Origin: Geosiphon pyriformis uo1
Taxonomy: Eukaryota; Fungi; Glomeromycota
Direction of reading: 5' to 3'
Assembly (NCBI GenBank): GCA_016748015.1
Contig: JAAOMT010000657.1
Location: 310,001 to 374,000 of the forward strand
DNA length: 64,000 nt
Position numbers and translations under genes: made by a program. Below, in pieces: positions 14,672-25,400 of this stretch (position 1 is the first letter of the stretch; each line of letters begins with the position of its first letter). The notes beneath the pieces were generated by a model. That model had not been told where the DNA came from and searched no databases. It was given only the letters and a program-made list of their open reading frames with translations.

Positions 14672-15638
14672 TGTTATCAGAGGTTTTTGGTCTCTTTTCT
14701 TGAATGTTGTTAATTTGCTGTAAATTCACATTTTCAGGAAGTAGTTGGACCTTCAGTAACTGAATTTATCTTCAAATTATCTGCTATAATTTGAACTGCT
14801 GGACTTATAAGTAGAATAGCCAATTCTGTGCCAGTTATTTTGTGTAGTTATGTTGTAGTAAACGTCAACTCTTTTCCAGGAATTGCTCATCTGAAAGCTC
14901 ACTAAAAATGTGTAGTTACTTTGCTGTGAAAGTTAATTCTTCTACAGAAATCTTGTCTGTAAGCTACCCTAATGATTATGATAAGAAAAAAATGAAAAAT
15001 AAAAGAAAATGTAAAAGAAATAAAATTTTGTCAAGGAAAACGTTTTCTATTTAGGCCTGGAGTCACTAACAGATTACTGAAATTAGTAGATAATCAATTT
15101 CAAAATGTTAGTTGTGTTAAAAAAATTTCAAGTGTAATAATTTAAGGATTTGGTTTTTCGAATATTTTTATTTTTATTTTATTTTGTAAAAGAGGATTTG
15201 TTCTAATTAAGATATCTAAAATAGGATGTTATAATAAAATACTATGAGAAAATACATTTTCTTAAAGAAAGAAGCTTTTTTTTTATACAACTTGTTGTAG
15301 TATTAGTCTTTAAACTTGCACTTTTCTCTTTGCTACAATTTTGGTAAATTAAAGATACATTTCAGTAAACTACAAGTTATTTCACTGAACTATTGATTAT
15401 TTCGGTTAATTTTTATTAATTTCGACGAATTTTGACTATGTTAAATGATTCAGAGTATTGTGTAATTTGATTATCTTAATTTCTATGGTACAAATCAGAT
15501 TATTGATTGAGTAATAATATTTAATAATTTGATTAAATAATAAGTGATATTCGAGATAATAATAATATATATTAATTAATAATAGGAATTATAAAGGTAA
15601 TTTTATGTTAATTAATTGCTAAAATTCTACTGGTAATA
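14672..15638 (-). repeat. 5' LTR of copy B
   Basis: Directly upstream of the PBS; direct repeat of 5794-6767. Confidence 0.93.
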
Positions 15639-15727
15639 CTAACTAGATGAGATTCCATGAGATCTAGAACCAATTATCATCATTAACACAAACACATCAA
15701 ATTGATTGACCAAAAGAATATATAAAA

Positions 15728-16440
15728 ATGTGGTAAACATGATGAAAAATATCAGAAAAATGGAAATTATCAACAATATTTACTCATTAGCACAACAACT
15801 TTTTCAATTAATTCAACAACAAAATATAGAAATTACTATTAACCAACAAACCATTTGATACCAAGAGATCAGAAAATTATCCCAATACAAAGCATAAAGG
15901 AAACCAAAAAACACCATCAACAAAATAATTCAAAAAATAAAATTGGCAATAGAAAAGCCAATAGAAGTCACTCCATATTAAGAATTAACCAAAGAAACTT
16001 AGAAATGGTAAATACAATAATTTTCAAAAAAATTTTGTTATTTCTACTTGGGACAACACCTGAATATTCAGAACTTATATACAGATAAGACAAAGTGATT
16101 ATTTGATCCAGAAATATTACAACAACTTAAACAATTTGTGAAAAAAAAACAATTTAATTACATAAACACGAGCTATCTATTGATTACAAATGAGATTTTA
16201 AGACCAACCAAAAATCTTACTCAATCCAGTAATAGACTTTATTACTGTTAACCAAATGAAAAAAATAACCAATACCCAATTTGAAGAATTACAAAACAAG
16301 ATAACACAAGTAATTCTCGAAAAAAAAGTTCAAGAAATACTCAAAGACAGAGAATTAGAATTAAAAGATCTCAATAGAGCTCAATATTAAAAGAAAAAAA
16401 TAATGTTACTCATAGAATATAGAAAGTATATTAGCATATA
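15728..16440 (+). pseudogene. ORF3 homolog of family A (frameshifted)
   Basis: Manual translation gives YFYLGQHL ... RAIY*LQMRF*DQPKILLNPVIDFITVNQMKKITNTQFEELQNKITQVILE ... KIMLLIEY, collinear with family-B ORF3 (YFYIGKIL ... RAALRLYNLF ... ILQNPILQ ... IGKLTKLKFQQF ... EVMLPDEI). Confidence 0.7.
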
Positions 16441-17257
16441 AATTAGCCAATTAGAAGTAAACATAGTAAATGTAAAATTCCAAAATTCCTTTTAGAAGAA
16501 TTACAAGATTCCAGAAATTTCAAGATTCTCATATAAAGAATTGCAAGATTTCAGAATTCTAGAATTCCTCTTAAAAAAATTGCAGGATTCCAGAAATTTC
16601 AGGATTCCTGGTGTGAAGAATTAAAAAATTGAGAAATCTCAATTATGTATATATAATGGTGTTAGAAGCAAAAAAGACAGACTTTTTAGTTTAGATTTTA
16701 TCTAAGCAATCTTTTAATTCACAAATATCAATAAATAATTATTTGCTATTTTAATCTACTCTTTACTATCAACACTTCATGTTGATAGTAACTGATACTT
16801 AACCATACTGAAACAATAGCTCTTGATTATGACTATTGATAAGATATTAACTTATTTGCCTTGGTTTATTTTTTCATTTTATTTTCATTTCTTTTTCATT
16901 TCTTTTATTTTGTTATTTCTTGTTTTGTTTTATTAATTAATTAAAAATTAAAAACACTGAATTACAAATGTCATAGGAACTGGTAAAAAACCTGTGAAAC
17001 AAGGGTAGAAAACTCATAAATTTGAGAATAGTTTACCAGAAGGATTACCAGCCATCATGCTGAGAAAAAAATTCAATGGAATTGCAATTCTGGGAGGCTA
17101 CTGAAACAACAATTAAATTTCTGTCTATTATACAAAAAACTTAATCAAAACTTTCAAATACAAACAACTTGCAAATATTACTAATGTCATCAAGCAATTT
17201 AGCACCAAGTTATGAGTTTTTTATTTGATTTGAAACCCCAAATAATCACCTATAACA
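16404..17257 (+). repeat. 3' LTR of copy A (family-A LTR)
   Basis: TGTTAC...TAACA termini; homologous over its full length to solo LTR 45937-46789 and to C's split LTR. Confidence 0.9.
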
Positions 17258-20200
17258 ACAAATTCTAATGAATTATTCTTAGTCATCAATATTTTGCTTA
17301 GTAAAGTGTTTTCAACTTTGGTACTTGCTATTTACCAAATTTTGTTTTTGTTGTGTGAGTAATTATTTAAGCATGAAAAAGCTCTGTTCTATGTAACATT
17401 AAAAAACATTCTTTGGCTTATTTAATTGCTTATAAAAATTGTGTATTAGCATAATATATTATATATTCTTTTTTGCCCAAAAATGTTATTTTACATTTCC
17501 TTATTAAGTAAGATTTTCTCATAAACAAGATATTGTTTATTGTTCTACTTTTCTTGTCATTTAGGATAACCAAAGCATTTTCTGTAATATGGTTTACAAT
17601 AGTAATGAGTATGCATCCAATAGTCTTTTTTGGGTAATACCAAAGCTTCTATAAAGAAAAACTTCTTTTTATAATTGATGTATCTAAAAGAAATATAAAG
17701 TGATTCTTTTTTTTATTCCAATAAATATAGAACATACTAATTATTGGCTGTTTCTTTAATGGTAATAGTGTTTTGAGAATTATTTTTTTCTTTTCTTTTT
17801 TTTTTGTTGTTTCAAAAGAGTATTAGTAATAGTTTGTTGTAATTGTTTTCAGCTCATAAGATTTGATAGGCTTTTCAAGTAGGTTTTTTTAAACTTAATT
17901 AGTAAGCATTAGGTAATAATGTTTATTTTAAAATAGCTACAAGTGACTGGTACTTAAGTATGCTGACCATTTTAATTAAGCTGTAGCTCTTGCATGATTT
18001 AATTGAGTACAGCATTGGTCTTGAACAGCCAGTTATTATTAACAAAAACTTGGTATTATGTGGCTTTTATGACTAGAACTTTGATTGGTGTGATAATACT
18101 GTTGACTTTAAAAGATAAGTTATTGATTTTGTTAATAAAAATCTTTGTCGTTCTATTGGCTGTAATAATTCTGGTGCTGGCAGTATAATTAACTTGGCAA
18201 TCTAATTGATCTATGAGTTGTCATGTAATAATACTGTTTGCTAATCTACTATTAAAAATTAGCTTAATAGATTGGTTATTAATTTTGACATCAATATACA
18301 TGACAGTAATTAATTTGGTGTTAAAAATGACTTTACTAAAAAAAAATGTTGTTAAGGATCTTTCTAATTCAAAAGAAAAGATAACTGCAAATAATTTGTT
18401 TTCAGTAATTATTACTGGTAAAATATGGTTAATAAGTAGTGTTGAATTGGTTTTCAAGTTGTTAAATAAGTTGTTTTCTGAAGTAACCAAGAGATTTAAA
18501 TAGTTCTGAAAATTCGGATTTTGAATGTATCTATTTTCTAAACTCCACTGGCATAATTCTAATAACTGGTTTGAAAAACTGGAAATTGGTTGGTACATAA
18601 CTATTGTCAATCTTCAGTTCTGTTGTATGTGTGTAATTCTTGGCTTTTGGTTTTTAGTTGACATTTAAGTTAAGTTTTGTAGCAGTATTTGAATTGGTTA
18701 AAATTAATAAATAATTTGTAACTGTAGTTGATATATTACCAATGTTGAAGTCTAATATACTAAAAGTAAGTATATTGATTGTTATATTATTTAGAAATAA
18801 TGTGGCTAATATATTATGATCCTGATAACAAATTGTTAACATAGTTCTGGATTTGAAATCTGCAATCAGAGTTTTAATATTAATTTTCTGATTATTGGTT
18901 ATTAAATTTGAAATGGCAATCTGCTTTTAGATGGCTTTGTTTATTATAATGGTAAAAATTACATGTTTTTTGTTGTTATAATTGATTTAATAATAATAAC
19001 AGATACAATTGATTTTGAAAACAATTGAAGTTTTTTTAATTGTTGCAATATTGTAAAGACTAATAAATGGCTTGATTATTAGCTAAATATCTCTTAATTT
19101 TTTGATTAATAGAGTCATTAAATTGTTTTAGCTTAAAATCTAATTCAGATAATTTGTTTATCACTAAATTTACAACTTGGATATGATTGGTTTTTAAGTT
19201 CTGCCAATTCAAAATTTCTGGTGTGAATAATTGTATTCTAAAGAGTATTTGGGTGCATTAAACATATTTATTATAGTAAATTACTGTATAATCCACAAAT
19301 AAACTGATTTAAAATTTGCAGTACTATAAAATAGTTAGTATTAATTGCTTGAATTTGGTGCAAATTTCTGTAGAAGCATTTCAAATAAATAGTGACTGTT
19401 TTAGTATTGTCTTGTTTAATAATAGTAAAGCTAGTTAACAGACAATTGATGCTATTATTATTATTGAAATACTGCAAAAATGTGGTTTTGAATACATTAA
19501 AATTTTGGGATTTGTTTACAAGATTTTAATACCATAAGTTAATAATATTCTGAAAAAAATATAAGATGGCTTGAAGTGTTTTGGTATTATTCTATCTATT
19601 GGCTGCAATGGCTTTTTTTATATTATTTAATTATATTTGAATATTATCTTATTTATCTGTAAATTTTTTTAGTTTGACAATAGGTATATATGTTATTAAT
19701 ACAAGTTGTTATTATTGTAATTGTTGTTGAAATTGTTGTTGTTGTACAGCAATTGATGCAACTAGTAGATTGATTATAATAATTGAAGGTAAGTTTTGCT
19801 GAAAAATAGAAGTGGGGTTTGGATTGTTTGAGTTTTGCAGAGTTTAAACAATTAAAATTTGTACTTTTAAGTTATTTAAGATTGAGTTTTGATTATTACT
19901 TTTTTGATTGTTATTTTTTCCTCTTTTGATTTAGTTTTTTTCCAAAAACTGGTAGATTTAAAATTTGGTTAAAATGACAGTGATTAAAGTCTTGATAGTA
20001 TGGTTAATTATAATTTAAATTCTTTAAAAAAATTATTGTAAATTTCTAATAATTTGGCTTTCTTTTAATTATTTTGGAATAGTACTCTAGATAATAATGT
20101 TTTTGCAGTTGATAATAATATACATTCTGATAATATATAAATAGTATTTTATGGTGTATAATAGTATAACAAATAAATAGATAAAACAACTTTTGGTTTT

Positions 20201-20639
20201 TTTTCAAGTAAGTGGTTGTATTTTTTTTAGTGTTTTTGCTGAAATTTGTAATTTCTCTTTGTTTATGAAAATAATATTTAATTTTTGCTGAGTGTACTTC
20301 TCAATTTTTCAATTTATCTTTGTAATTAGTGGAGCAAACAGATAGTTTGGTGAAAGTATAGTGCTTTATAATAGTTTACTGTAAAAATTTCTGAGGATGG
20401 CTTTTGAATCTCCTTGGTTTTTTAAATAGAATTTAATTTTTTTGTTAATGTAGAAATTGAAAGTTAATTCTGCTAACCAATAGTTATTTGTCAATTCAAG
20501 ATGAATTTGGTAATATTAAAATAAAAATTTTGCAAATTCTAAATGATTTTCTCTTATGATTTCTTGGTTTGCCACTTTTTTAGATAGTTGATGTTAGTAC
20601 TGGTTCTCTGTTGAATTATATCTTACAAAAAGCACCAAA
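17258..20639 (-). mobile_element. Old family-A Gypsy copy C, internal 5' half (gag, PR, Cys-rich domain), truncated by A
   Basis: PBS TGGTGCT at 20631-20637 next to the LTR end; gag fragment 19271-19477; protease region 18221-18610 (IKLIFNSRLANSII) homologous to A ~540-730; very heavy C>T/G>A decay. Confidence 0.85.
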
Positions 20640-20789
20640 TATTACAAGTGATTATTTGGGGTGTTAAAACAAATAACAAATCTGTAACTTGGTGCTTAAT
20701 AGCTGAAAATATTGGTAATTTTTAAAGATTTTAAAGTTTAAAGGTTTTAATTGAGTCTTTTGTATAATAAACAGAGATTTAATTGATGG
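20640..20789 (-). repeat. 5' LTR of copy C, U5 part (split by D)
   Basis: Reverse complement of the family-A LTR 3' end (CCCCAAATAATCAC..TAATA). Confidence 0.85.
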
Positions 20790-21657
20790 TGTTACTGGAG
20801 GTTTTTGGTCTCTTTTCTTAAATGTTGATAATGTTAATTTGCTGTGAATTCACGTTTTTAGGAAGTAGTTGAACCTCCAATAACTGAATTTATCTTCAAA
20901 TTATTTCCTATAATTTGAACTGCTGGGCTTATAAATGGAATGGCCAATTCCTTGCCAGTTACTTTATGTAGTTACGTTGTAGTAAACGTCAACTCTTTCC
21001 CAGGAATTGCTTGTTTGGAAGCTCACTAAAAATGTGTAGTTACTTTGCTGTAAAAGTCAACTCTTCTACAGGAATCTTGTCTGTAGGCTACCCTAATGAT
21101 TGTAATAAGAAAAAAAAAGAAAAATAAAAGAAATGTAAAAGAAATAGAATTTTTGTCAAGAGAAACGTTTTCTATCCAGGCCTGGAGTCACTAACAGTTT
21201 ACTGAAATTGGTAGCTAATCAATTTCGAAATGTTAGTTGGGTTTTTGGGGGTTTTTCCAAGTACAATAATTAAAGAATTTGGTTTTTTGAATTATTTGAT
21301 ATTTATTTCTTTTTGTGTGTATAGAAACGGTTTTAANNNNNNNNNNNNNNNNNNNNATTTTGATGAACTACAAGTTATTTCGCTGAACTATTGATTAATT
21401 TGGGTGAACTATTCATAATTTCGGCGAATTTCTGTAAATTTCGGCGAATTTTTGAATGTTACAGAGTTCAGGGTATTGTGTAATTTGATCATCTTACTTT
21501 CTGTTATACTAATTAGATTATTTTAATTGAATCGTGATATGTGATAATTGATTAAATAATAACTGATAATTTGAAATGATATTAATATACTAATGAATTA
21601 TAGGAATTATGAGGGTAATTTCATGCTAATTTAATAGCTAAAATTCTACTGGTAACA
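20790..21657 (-). repeat. 3' LTR of copy D (contains assembly gap 21337-21356)
   Basis: TGTTACCAG...CAGTAACA termini on the minus strand. Confidence 0.95.
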
Positions 21658-22345
21658 TAATCTCCTCCTCAAGACTGAGCTTCGTCAAAGTCCAAGCACT
21701 ATCTGTAATATTGAGATAGTGATCTAAAATGATTGAAGTAATCTGGTCTGAAAATTGTTGAAATTTCAGTTCTGTGAGTTTGCCAATGTATTGGACTTTC
21801 ATTGATTGCAGTATTGGATTTTGTAGAACATTTTCACAAGTATTAAACAAATCATAGAGTCTAAAAGCTGCTCTAAGTTTGTAGTGAGTGTTTGTTGGTC
21901 CAGCTGCTGTTTTGAATTCATTGTAGATTTGTTTTTGTATAACTTCAGGAGTGAGATTTGTTGCTTCAAGTTCCAGTTTTCGTTCATAAAGTGTTTTTCC
22001 AATTTGAAAGTATTTATAGATAGGGGTGTGTTCATTGTTCTGTTCATTAAGAAGTAGTTGTAGTTTTTGTTGCATTGTAGCATTTGGTGGAATGTTAATA
22101 GGGGCAATTAGCAGATTTTCTTCTAGTGCTTGCTTCAAAAGTTTTGGTAATCTATTCTCAGAGTGACTTCTTGTTTTTCTTCTATAGGGGTGATAGTTCT
22201 ATAAATGATTTGCTACTGGGGCTGTGGTTTCTTTCTGAATGTATTTAATTTGACTTCCATTAATCGTTATAGATAAGTCAGGGAGTGTTTTTAAGACTAA
22301 CATTAATTTTTGGAATATTTGTTGAATATTTCGGGGAATAATCAT
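21638..22345 (-). pseudogene. ORF3 of copy D (unknown function; one internal stop)
   Basis: ATG at 22345 is in frame with ORF 21638-22138; reads through the PPT (SLEEEIMLPVEF*). Confidence 0.85.
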
Positions 22346-22497
22346 GATAAAATTGACTAATTATGAAAAAAGAGAGAATAAAGAAAATTATTTTTTTTTT
22401 GGATATGGGGTTTTTTATTTGTTTTTGGGTTTAAGTGTTTTGTAATTATTTACTATTTTTTGTCTTTGTGTTTTTAGTAGAGAATTATTGTAAAATT

Positions 22498-25400
22498 TAA
22501 GTGTTCAAGTTTGGTTGTTGTTCTATTATAATTATTGGTTCTAAATTTCGGAGAATATCTTCAGGATTAATTAAAGAGAAATGTGTACCAATTTGTGGAA
22601 TTAATGGTTCAGGATTGTTTCTGGAATGATAGTGTTTCAGTCTGTCTCCATGTGCAACTTTTGCTAATATTTTGTCATCAAGTCTTAACTTATATGATCC
22701 ATTACCTAGAATTTTGTGAATATAAAATGGTCCATCCCATTTGTTTTCAAATTTCCCACTCCATTGTTTTTTAGCCTTAGTTCTGTGTAAGAGAACTTTA
22801 TTTCCAACTTTAAATTCGTTGGTAATAGATGGTAATTTATTGTCATGTCTTTCTTTTTGTTGAGCTTGGGAATGTTCAATATGAGCTGCTGCTATTCTTC
22901 TTTTTTCTTCCAGTGTACTAAAAAGAGTATAGGCTCTTCTTTGGAGTGTCTCTTAAAAGTTTTCTTCATCGATTGGTTGCACTGGGTATGTTTCCATTGT
23001 GAAATTAATTGGTAATGTTGCTGTCCTTCTATAAGTAAAATCAAATGGTGTGTGTTTTGTAGTATCTTGTTTTAGTGTTCTGTATGCTAGTAACACTGAT
23101 GGAATAAAGATATCCCATTCCTGTTCAAAGTCTGTTGAGACTTTGGCTAAAGATTCACACAATGTTCTGTTGAAACATTCTACAAGTCCATTTGTTTGAG
23201 AGTAATAAAGTGATGATAGAGGTCTTTTGACATTGAACTGTTCACAAATTTCTTGTATCAAGTTGTTCACAAAATGTGTTCCTTGATCAGATAAGAGTTC
23301 AAATAGGCATCCATGTCTACAGATAATGTCTTCATAGATGAATTTTGCTACTGATTTTGCATCTGCTCTTTGGATAGCTCTAACTTCAGGCCATTTGGTA
23401 AGATAATCCACTGCAACTGCAATATAACAATTTCCTTGGGTTGTGATAGGTAATGGTCCGACTAAATCAATTCCAACTCTGTCAAAAGGTTGTTCAACTT
23501 TGATTGGATTTAAAGGTTCTGTGGGGTGAGTTCCTTTTCTTCTTTGGCAGTTATCACAAGATTCTATATATTGTCGAATGTCTTTTTGCATGTAAGGCCA
23601 AAAATAATGTTCAAGAGTTCTTTGAATTGTTCTCTCTTTTCCCAAGTGTGCTGAAGACGGATCTGTGTGCATGTTGTATAAAATTGTTTCTTTTTCATTC
23701 TCTTGTACTAATCTGAGTGGCTGGTTTGGTTTTCTGTGATTTTTATAATAAATTTTATTCTGGTGTATGAAATATTGTTTTTATTGGTGTTGTAAGTGGT
23801 GTTTTTCACTTGGAGACCAGTTTTCTGGCATGGTAAGGGTCTCCAAATAATTTTTAAGATTGCTGTAGTTTCTGGGGTCCATTCTTGTTTGGTTATTTTG
23901 TTGGTAAGTTGGTAAGTTGTGGTGGAATTGTTGTTGGTATTAATCTTGTCTCATTCTTGAGAGGCTATCAACATTGGTATGTAGTTTTCCTGGTTTGTGG
24001 TGTACAATATATCTGTAGTCTGCTAGGAAGTCATTTTATCAAGACTGTTTGGCACTTTGTTCAGTTTTCTTTTTATTGAGCCATTTGAGGCCAATGTTGT
24101 CCATTATTATGTCAAATTCTTTTCCATTTTTCAGATATTGTTGAAAATGTTTAAGAGCCCAAATAACTGCAGCAGCTTCCAATTCAGTTGAGCCATATTT
24201 GAGTTCTGTTGGCTTGAGTGTTCTGCTGGCATAAGCAATAATTTGTTCTTGGCCATTTTCATCTAATTGTGATAAAATGGCACCAAATGCTATGTGTGAG
24301 GCATCAGTGGCTAATTGGAATCATTTGTTGAAGTCTGGATAAGCAAGAACTGGGGCTGTTGTCAATTTTGTTTTGAGAATTTTAAAACCTTTTTGTTGTT
24401 CTTCAGTCCATTTGTATGGTACGTTTTTGTTGGTAAGATAATTGAGTGGTTTGGCAATTTCTGAGAATCCTTTTATGAATTTTCGATAGTAAGAGGCTAA
24501 TCCCACAAATCCTCTTAGTTCTGTAGTATTTCTGGGGGTTTGAAAGTTTTTGACAGCATTGATTGTTCCTGGATTTGGTTTGATTCCATCTTTACTAACT
24601 ATGTGTCCAAGAAAGATCAAACTTGTTTTTCCAAAGTGACATTTCTCAATATTTAACTTTAATCCTGCTTTCTGTAATCGTTGAAAAACTTCTTGCAGGT
24701 AAATAAGATGGGCTTCAAAGCTTGGTGAGTATACATCAATATCATCAAAATAAACAACTACTGATTGCCACAAGAGTCCTTCATAGACAACATCCATGAG
24801 TCACTGAAATATTGCTGGTGTATTGTAGAGTTCAAAAAGCATAACATTAAACTCATAATTTTCTCCTTGAGTGGTGAATGCTGTTTTGGGTCTATCTTTT
24901 GGGTCCATTTTGACTTGCCAGTATCCACTTTCCAGGTCTAAAGTTGAAAAGAACTTGGCCTTTTACAGAGCATCTAGCATGTCATCAATTCTTGGAAGAG
25001 GGTAGGCATCTCCAATTGTAACACTATTCAATTGTCTATAATCAACACAGAATCTAATTTTTCTGTTTTTCTTTTTAACCAAAACTATTGGTGAGGCCCA
25101 AGAACTTCTTGATGGTTGAATCAATCCGTTATTGAGCATTCTTTGGATCTCTTTTCTGATAAATTGGTGGCTGGCAGGTGGCACTCGATAAGCTTGTTGA
25201 CGTTTTGGTAGAGCATTTTCTGTATGAATCTGATGTTGAACAATGTCTGTTTTTCCCAAATCATTGTTGTCTTTTGCAAATATATCTGCAAATTCAGCTA
25301 TCAATTGTTTCAATTGTCTTTGTTGTTGAGGTTCTAAGAGACCCATATTGATTCGAGAGAGTTTTTCTTCCAACAAATGGTAGTTTTCAGTAGTGGAAAT

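Larger units (their letters stand above)
5794..15638 (-). mobile_element. Full-length Ty3/Gypsy copy B (family B) nested in the 3' end of A's integrase
   Basis: Two ~970 bp LTRs (5794-6767, 14672-15638); PBS TGGTGCTCTC at 14660-14669; TSD CTGA (5790-5793)/CTAA (15639-15642); A's reading frame resumes after 15642 (DEIP*DLEPIIII). Confidence 0.95.
15639..17257 (+). mobile_element. 3' remainder of copy A: pol C-terminus, ORF3 homolog, PPT and 3' LTR
   Basis: LEPIIII pol tail; purine tract 16389-16400; LTR starts TGTTACT at 16404. Confidence 0.88.

Noticed and set aside
21337-21356. Apparent deletions in D's LTRs (also 29742-29761)
   Set aside because: They coincide with 20-N assembly gaps, probably from collapse of near-identical LTRs
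21638-22345. ORF3 as env
   Set aside because: No signal peptide, transmembrane segment, furin site or Cys pattern
22498-22760. Chromodomain at the integrase C-terminus
   Set aside because: Only a GPF/SH3-like segment and a short LEPIIII tail; no chromodomain signature
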